A stretch of 64,000 nt of DNA from contig OZ024744.1 in NCBI GenBank assembly GCA_964016885.1, positions 26,040,001 through 26,104,000 on the forward strand. Reading direction: 5' to 3'. Shown piece after piece: positions 13,030 through 25,728 of the stretch. The stretch is from Eledone cirrhosa. Lineage: Eukaryota. The translations under genes and the position numbers were made by a program. The notes below the pieces were generated by a model. The model did not search any database and had not been told where the DNA came from. It saw only the letters and a program-made list of their open reading frames with translations. Position 1 is the first letter of the stretch, and every line of letters starts with the position of its first letter.

Positions 13030-13102
13030 CTGTCTGATGAGACCATGACACTGCTTGCGTGAGATCACATGGCCACTGTCGTCATTAAAATATTTATCAC
13101 AG
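13030..13102 (+). ncRNA. Decayed hammerhead motif
   Basis: ctgt-CTGATGA-gaccatgaca...tgtcgtcat-tAAAA-tattta-TC-acag. The GAAA core is mutated. Confidence 0.4.
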
Positions 13103-13150
13103 CCTTATCACATCTACAACTTCACATTTTTGTTATTCTCTGTCTGTCTC

Positions 13151-13317
<167 letters not shown>

Positions 13318-13318
13318 G

Positions 13319-13389
<71 letters not shown>

Positions 13390-13649
13390 AGAGAGAGAGA
13401 TGTGGTGGCGCTGATATCGCTGTTTCAGGAAGCACTCAGACATACTACACGCCCCCATCTACCCATTTCTGTAAACCCTATTTCTTGAGTCTATATAAAT
13501 ACTTCTAGTAAATAAAATCAGTTTGGTGTTTCTGGGGATGACTGATTAAACAGTATTTGTGACTAGAAATAGGTAGTAACTTAACCACTACCATGCCAGT
13601 TGATACGTCGATCTCCATCGATTAATCGATCTTCTGAAACGATCGTAAA

Positions 13650-13822
13650 ATAATTGTTTCTACTTTTAGCAAAAGGCCAGCAATTATCCCAGTGCATTAC
13701 TGGTACTTTATTTTATCGACCCCGTAAGGATGAAAGGCAAAGTTAACCTCGGTGGATTTGAACTCAGTCCGTAAAGGGACGTAACTGTGCTTCAAAGCAT
13801 GGCGTCTGACCCTCTACCGATA
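13650..13822 (-). mobile_element. SINE family A copy (intronic)
   Basis: Reverse complement of the 5019 element. Confidence 0.85.
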
Positions 13823-15529
13823 GGCAGCAGACGAGAAGTTTTGCGATATTTGTTCCGGCTCTTGTGTTCAGAATTCTTGTGTTTTACTCCTTCAATTGTT
13901 TTACTCCTTCCATAGCTCGGGTTTATATCGTCTGTTCATCGGGTACTGTTAGCAAAAGTTGCATGCACTTGAGCCAAGTCTTCGTTTTCAGAATGACCTC
14001 CTCAATTCCTTCCATCTGTTTCGAGACGTCATAGAAAATAAAAGTTCGTGGTTAATCTCCTTCTCTCGCTCTCTGACAAACAGGTAACAACCATTCAGCC
14101 CAGTACTCTGGTATGACGATAACACGATATTTTCATACTCCACTACTGTTCGTTAGGTGGGAGGTGGGGTTCTTAGACAGAAGCTTATTGTCAGATATGA
14201 CAGGGGCTCATCCTAGAGAGTAACATTTTGTTAGGTCTCCTTTGGTCGGCAGATCGATGTCTTATGACACCTTCCTCCATTTCCCAACCAATTTCAGAGA
14301 TAAGAAAAAAGTCAAAGCTGTTTTATATTCACTCCATTGCCTAAGCCAATTTTTTTTTTACATAAAAGACACGAAAACACATTAACACATGACAGCTTGC
14401 TACAGACTGAGAATGGACAATGTAATTATTCTCCAACTCAGGTACTAATCCGCACACGTCAGTTATTCTTATACAAAGGAACAGTCCTCCATTCTCACTT
14501 CTTTACTGAAATTGAGGAAAGTCGGAAAAACAGAGGCCTGCTTGAAGAGGGAGCCCCGTATAATGGGGTGTCAGTTGCAGCGGCTGTCTGGCCATTCTCC
14601 ACGTTAATGCCATATTGTTTGCGGAGTGGGGCTGAGGCATAACTCACACTAGGGTGTCGTGTTTGTCCCTCGCTTTCTCCTTTTTTTTTCATTGCTTTAT
14701 TCTTTTTCTTTTTTTTCTTCTTCCTTTTTTTTTTTGTTTCTTTTCATATTGTCTTTCGTTTTTATTAGATACTGCTTAATAATTTTTATACAACGTCAAT
14801 GGTTTGCCATGGCATTGTGAGATTTTCCATACTATCGACATTAAAAGCCTGTTGATGTCTGTGAAAATGGATTGTTTCCATTTGTTAATAAAACTTCAAA
14901 TTGAATCGAGAAATCTCAAAAACGTTCATGAATCAATATTAATTGCTTTTGTTTCTTTGTATTAAATTATACATGTTTTACTTTAAATAATTTCTGGTAT
15001 AGCTAACTTATGTTATCGTGAATATAATATGTCTGAACCCGCAACTCCTGATGGAACACGGCTGAAGGAACCTAAATGCCAAGAAATGCTGTTAAACCCG
15101 GCAAAAGATTTAGTCTACTGCTCAAGTAAACAAGAGCGATATTTGAAAATCGAACGCACATAACCGGAAGAAATATCGCAAAGCTTCATGCCTACTCTGC
15201 CAGTTAATAAGCTTCGATTGTTAATTTATTTATCGAATCAGAATGATGAAACGCAAAGTTGAATTTTGGTATATTTGGACTCAGAATGCGAGGAGACTCA
15301 ATAAACACTGCAAGGCATTTCACCCATCAATCTAGTTCAATTTCACCCATCGATCTAATTCAATTTCACCCAACGATCTAATTCAATGCTCGTCCAATGA
15401 ATCATCTTTAATCTGCACCTGAAGATTTGTATTAACAACAACAACCCACATTTCTCCTTTATCACCACAATATTCTAAGTGCTATGGAGATTTATTTGTT
15501 TTGTTGATTTCATCTTTTAAAATAATTCT

Positions 15530-15765
15530 CCATCAAAGGAGATCATCTGGCGGAAACTTTGCGGAAGTGTTAAGCAATGAAGAGTACAAGATTCCTCCAT
15601 GGACGGGACGCCAGCCCATCGTAAGGTTAAATTTATCTGGTGCTGTTGGTACTCATTTTTCGAATTTGTGTAAACTTGAACAATATAAAACGAAGCGCCT
15701 TGCTTGAGGACACAAAATGGTAGAACCCACGTGAGAACGACATCCTAACAACTAGGCCATGTCCT
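15530..15765 (-). mobile_element. Old SINE with a V-domain-like segment
   Basis: Minus strand reads catggcctagttgttagg...gtgtcctcaagcaaggcgctt...aaccttacgatgggctggcgtcccgtcca. Confidence 0.5.
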
Positions 15766-15786
15766 TTCATTATATGATCAGCATTT

Positions 15787-15821
<35 letters not shown>

Positions 15822-15825
<4 letters not shown>

Positions 15826-16083
15826 TATAAGAATAAAAGAACAAGGATTCAGTGTTGCATCATAACATATTTAATAACATATTCCATATGTTTCACTATC
15901 GATCAGCTCGAGGAAAGACCTATTATAGATCGAACCTGACTCTGTAATCGAAAGATCATCATATATGCTTCCGAGATCGGAATAGGTTTTTCCTCGAGCT
16001 GATCGACAGTGAAACATATGGAATATGTCATTAAATATGTTATGATGCAACACTGAATCCTTGTTCCTTTATTCTTATAGTAT
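15822..16083. repeat. Long inverted repeat (arms about 100 bp)
   Basis: 15822-15924 is the near-perfect reverse complement of 15981-16083. Confidence 0.93.
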
Positions 16084-16335
16084 TATACTCTGCTCTGCAC
16101 GAGCATTGCGTGCTCAACCGGCATACTACCTACGGACACAATTTTTTTGCAACCATAGAACTATATATATATAAATAAATTTCGCTCTACATGCCTGAAT
16201 ACAATAAATGTAATCTGAGTTTTTCGAATATTAATAAGATTCGATTCGTTTGCAATTATGCAAGCAAGCCTCATTTTTAAAGCCATGTCAGTAGAATGAA
16301 CCCTTCATTCTTGTTCTTGTGTTGGCATGTGAACA

Positions 16336-16385
16336 GAACTGCAGACACTAATGTTTCTGGGTATCACCCTTCATCAGTACAGCTC
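16336..16385 (-). ncRNA. Compact type I hammerhead ribozyme with a GUC cleavage triplet, sense strand in the olfactomedin intron
   Basis: Minus strand reads gagctgta-CTGATGA-a-gggt-gat-accc-a-GAAA-cat-ta-gtg-TC-tgcagttc. Stem I is 8 bp (2 G.U pairs) and stem II is 4 bp. Confidence 0.8.
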
Positions 16386-16533
16386 ACTGTTCACCTGCCA
16401 ACTGTCAGAGCTGGTGAAAATATATGCTATATTCTAAAATATACAATGATTGATTTGCCTGATTTGCATATTAGCAGACTGGCTGATCAGTCAGATCTGC
16501 ATATTAGCAGATCCACTTATTGTACACACACAA

Positions 16534-16600
<67 letters not shown>

Positions 16601-16631
16601 CAATAATAATGACTACTTTATTATCTAATTT

Positions 16632-16714
16632 GCTGTTATGCGCATTTCTGTTGTGTCAATCTTTATTACGTAAGGATCACAATATGCAATTATTTATGCG
16701 CTTCTTCAGACAGC
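16632..16714 (-). ncRNA. Type I hammerhead ribozyme motif, sense strand in the olfactomedin intron
   Basis: Minus strand reads gctgt-CTGAAGA-(long, weakly paired stem II)-GAAA-tgcgca-TA-acagc, with palindromic ATGCGCAT in stem III. Confidence 0.62.
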
Positions 16715-16849
16715 GTTTTAGGTAATATAACCTAGTATATATTGGGACGGATTTAATTTTGATATTGCTATTCAAAGGTCTGCCATCTCTATCCCCGTTT
16801 CTCTCCTTCTACACACGCACACACGCACACATCCATATAAAGGGGTAAA

Positions 16850-17146
16850 GGCCCTCTTTGATAACGAATGACCATGAGATTTGCACCTAGAAAGTTCCTC
16901 TCCATGGTACAAGTCAAGGCAAGGTTGTTTGTGGAAGACAAGTAGTCACCCATGCTTGCCAGTCTTCCTTCTCCACGCCACTGATGTTGTCCAAAGAAAA
17001 AGCTGGCAGCTGTGACATCGGAACTCATTTCTACAGCTGATAAACTGGAGCAATAAAGGGTCTTGCTCAAGAACGCATCACCTGGTCCGAGAATCGAACT
17101 AACAACCTCCCAGTTGAAAGCTGAATGCTCTAACGCCCAAGCCATG
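16850..17146 (-). mobile_element. tRNA-derived SINE, family B
   Basis: Minus strand has a tRNA-like head (tggcttgggcgttagag...agttcgattctc) followed by gttcttgagcaagacccttta. A related fragment lies at about 30990-31105. Confidence 0.65.
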
Positions 17147-17215
17147 CATGTATATATTTATATATATATATATACATATATATATAATTATATAATAAAC
17201 AACACAATAAAATTA

Positions 17216-17286
17216 TTCCATTACCCAAGGTTTCACGAAGTTATATGATTCTAACAGCAACATCTGATATCGTTCATCAGAAGGAA
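17216..17286 (-). ncRNA. Type I hammerhead ribozyme motif, sense strand in the olfactomedin intron; same family as 10892
   Basis: Minus strand reads ttcctt-CTGATGA-acga...tcgt-GAAA-cc-ttg-gg-TA-atggaa. An inverted partial copy of its 3' half lies at about 17415-17480. Confidence 0.75.
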
Positions 17287-17575
17287 ACTTTATTTGGATA
17301 TAAGATATGAAATTAAAATCTTTTATAAATGTATGTGAGGCTGAAATAAAATAACGGAAAAAATACATGTACACACAGATTCAGATATACTTCGATGCGC
17401 ACATACTTAAAATTCTGTTAGAATCACCTAACTTCGTGAAACCTTTGGTAATGGAATAATTATATTGTGTTGTTTATTACATAATTGAATAGCTCTGTAC
17501 TATTCATAGAGCACTCTTCTTTCCTTTACCTTTTCTATGGAAATACTTACACACACACTCACACACACACACACA

Positions 17576-17617
<42 letters not shown>

Positions 17618-17642
17618 CATACATATAATACCAGCTACTTAC

Positions 17643-17990
17643 CTTTGAATTTGATGTTGGCTGAAGCTGCATGAGTACTTTCTTTACTTGCAGACATATC
17701 ATCTTTGAGTCCTACAAGTGTTCTGCCCAAATATTGCACGCCTTTCTCATGTTCTTCAGTCACAGTGATCAGTTTCTCTAGAACGATACGTGTGAATTCA
17801 GACAGCGATGTCATTGTAGTGGTCAAATCCGTCAAAAGGCGGTTCTGAAGAGTAAACTGCGAGGCAAGATAGTGCTGTTGGTTTTGAAGATAGGACACAT
17901 ACATCTCGTTGCTTTCTGTCGGGAAAAACACTGCGCCGTTTTGAATCTCCACCAGTTTACGCAGACGTCTTTTCAACCCTAGGTTGCCAT
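17643..17990 (-). CDS. Penultimate coding exon of the same olfactomedin gene (348 nt, phase 1-1), coiled-coil-like region
   Basis: Non-repetitive open frame (GNLGLKRRLRKLVEIQ...LQNQQHYLASQFTLQNRLLTDL...ASANIKFK). It is bounded by a long pyrimidine tract with ttccag|AT at 17990 and an AAAG|GTAAGT donor at 17643/17642. The final G joins AT of the OLF exon to give an in-frame GAT (Asp). A coiled coil before OLF is typical of the family. Confidence 0.82.
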
Positions 17991-19186
17991 CTGGAATATA
18001 ACGGAACAGAAAAGAAGAGAAGAAAAGAGATGAGAACTGCAGTCAGTGAAATAAACGTCAATATGTGACCACACAGTTACACGGATAAATGACAAAAGAA
18101 AAACGAACTCTCAGGAAGGGGCTATTCAGAAGGGGAACAGTCTATTCAGACGATAAGCACTTAGTAGCTGAAAGCATCCATTGTTGCAATCTATAATCGC
18201 TTGATGAAAGATCGAAATATCGACTTTTCTTTGATAACCTCAAGACGGTGGGCTTGATGACTCAGCCTGCAATAAAACGGCACACACGCATGCGTATGCA
18301 CGTACTCATCAATCTTCTCTTCTCTTTTGAACCGGCCTTATATTGCTGTCACTATCCAAGTGGTTCTTCTGATCCTATTAACTATTGCCAGACCAGCCAC
18401 TAATTAGACGGCTATTTTATTTCATTACTTTATGGTTAGTTTTTCTGACACATCAAGTGTAAAATACGCCGCTGTAAAAGTCAGACATACACAGACACAC
18501 TTGTCGTTATTGTCGTTGTTGTTATTGTTGTTGTTGTTGTTGTTATCGTTGTGATTTTTGTTATTTTTTCTTATTATTTATTTATTATTGCTTTTTTTTT
18601 ACATATTGTTGTTGATTTTGTTATTGTTTTTGTTGTTGATGTTGATGTTGTTGGAGAAGAAGAGTGAGAGAGAGACACGAAGGAAGGCATGTGTCGCGTT
18701 AGGTTTGGGGTGGTGGGTGGCAGTTGGAGAATAGTGGGAGGAGAAGGAGAAAGAGAGAGAAGGAAAGAGGGTGGTGGTGGTAGTGGTGTGGCTGAGGGGA
18801 AGGGGTGGTGCCCGGTCATCATCATTTCGTAGAAAATAGAAAAATCATTGAAAAGAAACTTTGAAAGGCGGGAATTTAATTATTTGAGAGAATGTCACCG
18901 ATGAGAGTGGGTCGTTGATGAAGACAGCGATAATAACAGAGAACTAGTTGACAATAGAGATTGTGAGGAGTTGCTGAGATCTCATAGAAGAAGCAAGAGA
19001 GTGAAAGGAAAGGAGAAAGAGATAGATGTTGGTGGCGGGGGGGGGGGATGAAGCGGAAAATAAAAAGTGATAGTGACATAAAGAGTAAAACGAAAGAGAG
19101 AGAGAGAGGGTGGGAGAGATAAAAAGAGAGTGGGGGAGAAAAATCCAATAAAATTAAATAGACAAAACACCTTGAGAAGTGCCCAG

Positions 19187-19240
<54 letters not shown>

Positions 19241-19301
19241 CACACACACACATATATATATATATATACACATACACACACACATATATATATATACACA
19301 T

Positions 19302-19366
<65 letters not shown>

Positions 19367-19401
19367 TGTATACATTTACACACATATATATACATATATA
19401 T

Positions 19402-19550
<149 letters not shown>

Positions 19551-19919
19551 TATATGTATATATGCATACATGCATATATAAATACATATATACATATATA
19601 GATACATATATACATATATACATACATATATATAATATATACATATATACATACATATATACATACATATATATATATATACACATGCATATATACACTC
19701 ACCCATACATATATACACACATACATATGTACACTCATACACACATATATACATATATATATATATATAACTAGTGTCGATGTTCCAAACTGATCTACAA
19801 ACTATTTTTGATTCTATTTTATTTTATTTCATTTTATTTTATTTTTATTTTTGAAAAACATTTTAAAAGATATAAATACAATAAATAATAAATAAAAAAT
19901 AGTAATAAAGAAGTAATAA

Positions 19920-20447
19920 ATAATTGTTTCTACTTTTGGCACAAGGCCAGCAATAAACCAGTGTATTACTGGTACTTAATTTTATCGACCCCCGTATGGA
20001 TGAAAGGCAAAGTTGACCTCGGCGGGATTTCAACTCAGAAAGGAAAGGGCCGTAACTCTAGCGTCAAAGCATGGCGTCTGACCCTCTACCCATACTGCCA
20101 ATCCAAATAAATAAAAAATAGTAATAAAGAAGTAAAAAATAATTGTTTCTACTTTTTGGCACAAGGCCAGCAAATACACAGTACATTACTGGTACTTTAT
20201 TTTATCGAACCCGTAAGGATGAATGGCAAAATAATCATGGCTTCTGATTTAGGCACAAAGCCAGCAAGCTTTTGGGAGAGGGGAATATCGATTAAATCGA
20301 CACAGTACATTGCTGGTATTTTATTTTATACAACAGCCCGGAATGATGAAAGGCAATGCTAACTAACATCGGCGGGATTTGAACACATAACGTAAAGGGG
20401 CGTAACTCTATGTCGCGAAGTATTGTGTCCGACGGACGCTCTACCGA
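19920..20447 (-). mobile_element. Tandem/nested SINE family A copies
   Basis: A full copy at 19920-20104, then a duplicated A-rich flank plus SINE tail (20106-20230), then an older copy extending to about 20447. Confidence 0.8.
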
Positions 20448-20604
20448 TTAACAATAATTGGTGGAGTGACTGCAGTCGCTGAAGTGGAAAAACTGATAGA
20501 AATTATAGCTGACATGTTGTTTCTCTCCTTTTCCTACTTTCTCTTCTTTTCCTACTTTTTCACGGACCAGGCCAGCATCTCCATTGTGAGATACTTGCGA
20601 CACT

Positions 20605-22490
20605 ATACCTCCACCGTCACTACCACCACCAACACCACTACCTCTACTTCCACAACCACCACTACCACTACCACAACCACCAACACAACTAACACTACCA
20701 CTAACACCACCACCACCACCACCACCACCACTACCACTACCACAACCACCAACACAACTACCACCACCACTACCATTACCACCACCACTACCACCACTAC
20801 CACTACCACCACCACCACCACCACCACCACCACCACCACCACCACCACCACTACCACTACCACAACCACCAACACAACTACCACCACCACTACCATTACC
20901 ACCACCACTACCACTACCACCACCACCACCACTACCACCACCACCACCACCACTACCACTATCACCAACACAACTACCACCACCACCACTACCACTACCA
21001 CTACCACCAACACAACTACTACCACCACCACCACCACCACCACCACTACCACTACCACCAACACAACTACCACCACCACCACCACCACCACTACCACTAC
21101 CACAACCACCAACACAACTACCACCACCACTACCATTACCACCACCACTACCACTAACACCACCACCACCACCACCACCATCACCACCACCACCACTACC
21201 ACTATCACCAACACAACTACCACCACCACCACTACCACTACCACTACCCCCAACACAACTACTACCACCACCACCACTACCACTACCACTACCCCCAACA
21301 CAACTACTACCACCACCACGACCACCACTACCACTACCACCAACACAACTACTACCACCACCACCACCACCACCACCACCAACATTACCACTACAAACTA
21401 CCACTACCACCGCCACAACTACCACCACCACCACTATAACCACTACCACTACTACCAAAACTACCACTACCACAACCACCAACACAACTACCACCACCAC
21501 CACCACCACAACTACCACTACCACTACCACCACCACTACCACTACCACTTCCACCAACACAACTACTACCACCACCACTACCACTACCACCACCACCACT
21601 ACTACCACTACCACCAACACAACTACCACCACCACCACCACCACTACCACTACCACCACCATCACAACCACCACCACCACTACCACTACCACAACCACAA
21701 CCACCAACTCAACTACCACCACAACCACCACCACCACCACCACTATCACTACCACTTCCATTACCACCACCACCAACACCACCATCACCATTATATCATC
21801 ATCGTCCTCATACTAACGCCAACACAACAACAAACAACACTGCCGCCAACAGAATCACCACCACCACCACCACCAACAACCACCAAAACAACAACCACTA
21901 ACACAAACACTACCACTACCAACACCACAACATTACCTCCACTACCACAACCAACCACCATTATCCCCGCCAACACTATCACTACCACAACGACTACCAA
22001 CACCACTACCCCTACCAACACCACAACACTACAACTACCACTCCCAACACTACCGCTACTACTATTAACACTACCACAACCACTACCAACACCACAACAG
22101 TACAACTACCAACACCATAACACACACGACTACCACTACCACAACCACCACCACTACCACTACCAATACCACAACACTAACATTACAACTGCCAACACCA
22201 CAATACTACCACCCCCACTACCAACAACACAACATTACCAACACCACAACATTACCACTACCACTACCAACACCACAACACTACCTCCCTTACTACCAAC
22301 AACACAACACTACCAACACCACAACATTACAACAACCACTACCACAACACTATCTCTACCAACCCCACAACACTACCACTACCACAACACTATCTCTACC
22401 AACCCCACAACACTACCACTACCCCAACCAACATCAGAACACTACCACTACCAGCACCACAACACTACCACTACCAACACCACAACACCA
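20605..22490. repeat. Degenerate (ACC/ACT/AAC)n low-complexity tract
   Basis: About 1.9 kb of almost G-free trinucleotide repeat with internal block duplications. Confidence 0.9.
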
Positions 22491-22547
22491 AAAATTTGCA
22501 AAGCATACTTGCGATCCAAAGGATGACAATTTCTTTTCTTTTACAAC

Positions 22548-22583
22548 CTTGCCACCGGGAAGGTGGCCAGTCAAAAATGTACT
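22548..22583 (-). CDS. Possible 36-nt upstream micro-exon of the olfactomedin gene
   Basis: Acceptor tttctctttctcttaatttag| then AG TAC ATT TTT GAC TGG CCA CCT TCC CGG TGG CAA G|GTTGTA. It is phase 1-1 and stop-free (YIFDWPPSRWQ-D-GNLG), but the donor is weak. Confidence 0.25.
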
Positions 22584-22629
22584 CTAAATTAAGAGAAAGA
22601 GAAACACACATACATACATGATGATGATG

Positions 22630-22886
22630 GCTGGGCCCTCGTTATCGAGTATGGCCATTGCAGGATATGCCATTATTAATAATTATTAATTAATTCTATC
22701 TTGAAATGCCTGTGCGTGAAGATATTTTTTTAAGTGCACGGAGCCAATCCCCCTCTCTGAGCGACTAGCTATAACCCGAAGAAGAAAAGATCAACAACAT
22801 CGGTAACTACTGAGCCACATGTTTTATATCGGAGTTATCCCAGTTTCCTGAGTTGCCTTCTCCTAGAAGAATGCCCTGACAAAGGC
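22630..22886 (-). mobile_element. Interspersed repeat (family C), inverted copy of 30575-30852
   Basis: About 260-bp reverse-complement match, including ctaggagaaggcaactcaggaaactgggataactccgatataaaac and tggccatactcgataacgaggg. Confidence 0.75.
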
Positions 22887-23271
22887 GCACATAGTTACAC
22901 TCACATAGTTCGGTACTTACATCCATAAATACTTATATACAGTACACAGTACTGACTCCAACGCCACCACAATACTTCTACACAATTAATAAGAGAAGCT
23001 GAAACAGGCGGTCTATGCCAGATCTCACGAGAAATATCATAGAGTATGAGGGGAGAAAATTTCTGAACGAAATTTAGTATATTCTATAACTAATTGGTTA
23101 GTGAATCTCGATAATCGAAGGGTGCGATTCGATAATTGTGTGGGCGTGGATGGGTGTAGTACATTCTTGCGTAAACTTATATATAGACTTTATGTCTGTC
23201 GACAGGTAATCTATCGTAGATACATCCATAAAGGCAGACATAATTATATATATATATGTATATGTGTTTAA

Positions 23272-23330
<59 letters not shown>

Positions 23331-23858
23331 GTGAAAACAAGTGTGGATGTTAGAAAACGTTCTACACAGATCACGTTATATAAGGAAAATGATAATAAAA
23401 ATAGGTTCGAAAAGCGAACCTGGTATATATATATATAACAATATTCTTTATAACATGTACAGAAAATAGATGTTTAGCATAGCTTGCTTTCTACGTTTTA
23501 AGATTATCAAAAACATTTCTTTTTAAGTTTAATTGTCTTTTTGTCGGACCACTGTTTTACGATTGCATGATTAGGGTCGCTTCTGTCCTTACTAAAGTAA
23601 GGGATCAATTGGTTTTTCTCGGTTTGTTTACGCATGCGTTAGATAAAAAAAAAAACTTTAAAAAATTGGTGACAAGGGGCGTAACTCTACTTTCTTTTAG
23701 TGTTAGAAATATAATTTTGTTTGTATCTTAATTTTAATTCAGATAAAAACCAGTTATACTGTTCCCTGAAAGTCAACTCAGTACACTAGTATGTGTGTGA
23801 TACATACAGGAATCACAAGGTTCTAAAAAACCTTCGCTAAGTACAAACCACTACTTCC

Positions 23859-24070
23859 CTACGGACAACTTAAGCTATACACCAGGTTTGAACACGGAAG
23901 AGGTGAATACCTACTGACATTGCCTCCATCTCCCTCGCCCTCCACATCTCTCTCTATTATGAGCAAATGGGGTCCCACCGCCCCGGCGGACAGAATGGAG
24001 AAGGCGTTTCCCCGGAGGATGGTAAGAGAGATGCGCTGGAAGAGCCATTCCATCTCATGAGGCTATGGTG
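23859..24070 (-). mobile_element. 3' end of a CRE-like (RLE-type) non-LTR retrotransposon ORF
   Basis: EMEWLFQRISLTILRGNAFSILSAG matches the C-terminal L.QR.S..I.RGNA..IL signature. The upstream PLAVETSGVLGP motif lies within the adjacent repeat. Confidence 0.7.
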
Positions 24071-25310
24071 GTAAGTAGGGAGGTAGCCCTAGGGCCAAGG
24101 ACACCAGAAGTGTCCCCTGCTACAGGTAGACAGCTCAGTGTATGTGGTGGTAAGTAGCGAGGTAGCCCTGGAGCCAATGACATCAGAAGTCTCCACTGCT
24201 ACGGCTAGCCAGCTCAGTGTATGTGGTGGTAAGTAGCGAGGTAGACCTGGAGCCAAGGACACCAGAAATCTCCACTGCTACGGCTAGCCAGCTCAGTGTA
24301 TGTGGTGGTAAGTAGGGAGGTAGCCCTGGAGCCAAGGACACTAGAAGTCTCCACTGCTAGGGCTAGCCAGCTCAGTGTATGTGGTGGTAAGTAGCGTGGA
24401 AGCCCTGGAGCCAAGGACACCAGAAGTATCCCCTGCTACGGCTAGCCAGCTCAGTGTATGTGGTGGTAAGTAGCGTGGTAGCCCTGGAGCCAAGGACACC
24501 AGAAGTCTCCACTGCTACGGCTAGCCAGCTCAGTGTATGTGGTGGTAAGTAGCGTGGTAGCCCTAGGGCCAATGACATCAGAAGTCTCCACTGCTACGGC
24601 TAGCCAGCTCAGTGCATATGGTGGTAAGTAGGGAGGTAGCCCTGGAGCCAAGGACACCAGAAGTCTCCACTGCTAGGGCTAGCCAGCTCAGTGTATGTGG
24701 TGGTAAGTAGCGTGGTAGCCCTAGGGCCAATGACATCAGAAGTCTCCACTGCTACGGCTAGCCAGCTCAGTGTATGTGGTGGTAAGTAGGGAGGTAGCCC
24801 TGGAGCCAAGGACACCAGAAGTCTCCACTGCTACGGCTAGCCAGCTCAGTGTATGTGGTGGTAAGTAGGGAGGTAGCCCTGGAGCCAAGGACACCAGAAG
24901 TCTCCACTGCTACGGCTAGCCAGCTCAGTGTATGTGGTGGTAAGTAGGGAGGTAGCCCTGGAGCCAAGGACACCAGAAGTCTCCACTGCTAGGGCTAGCC
25001 AGCTCAGTGTATGTGGTGGTAAGTAGGGAGGTAGCCCTAGGGCCAATGACATCAGAAGTCTCCACTGCTAGGGCTAGCCAGCTCAGTGTATGTGGTGGTA
25101 AGTAGCGTGGTAGCCCTAGGGCCAATGACATCAGAAGTCTCCACTGCTACGGCTAGCCAGCTCAGTGCATGTGGTGGTAAGTAGCGTGGTAGCCCTAGGG
25201 CCAATGACATCAGAAGTCTCCACTGCTACGGCTAGCCAGCTCAGTGCATGTGGTGGTAAGTAGGGAGGTAGCCCTAGGGCCAAGGACACCAGAAGTCTCC
25301 ACTGCTAGGG
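24066..25310. repeat. 79-bp minisatellite, about 16 copies, derived from the RLE coding sequence
   Basis: Unit tgtggtggtaagtagggaggtagccctggagccaaggacaccagaagtctccactgctacggctagccagctcagtgta. ORF starts recur at multiples of 79. Confidence 0.95.
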
Positions 25311-25317
25311 GCGTAAG

Positions 25318-25525
25318 TTAGTCTAAACTTGGTTTGAATGTTCTAATAAACACTATCTCTTTATTAATTCTACCTTGTTCTGCGATGTTATAATCATATT
25401 GGTATAATGGGGAAATATCAACATTTGGTAGCGTCTTTCCTCCACATTCCGCTGTATGTATGCTTAGAGGGACCTTTCTTGTATGCGGAGTTCTGATTGG
25501 TTGTCTATGGACGATTATTCTATAT
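25318..25525 (-). mobile_element. Penelope-like GIY-YIG remnant
   Basis: RIIVHRQPIRTPHTRKVPLSIHTAECGGKTLPNVDISPLYQY...RINKEIVFIRTFKPSLD shares RINKE..F...FKP.L with the 8379 fragment. Confidence 0.65.
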
Positions 25526-25618
25526 ACAACCACCACCACCATCACAACACCATCACCACCACCACCATCACACCACCACCACCAACAACAATACCACCAC
25601 CAACACCACCACCAACAA

Positions 25619-25728
<110 letters not shown>

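Noticed and set aside
13860-14900. Non-repetitive intronic segment with short ORFs (14337-14642, 14495-14692)
   Set aside because: No convincing motifs or splice-compatible frame. It is probably decayed LINE sequence but cannot be assigned.
17735-17765. CTGAAGA...GAAA on the minus strand
   Set aside because: It lies in the coding exon and lacks the UH site and stems I and III.
24066-25310. CRISPR-like or repeated 68-aa peptide array
   Set aside because: Units are contiguous with no unique spacers, there are no cas genes, and the context is eukaryotic. It is explained as a LINE-derived minisatellite.
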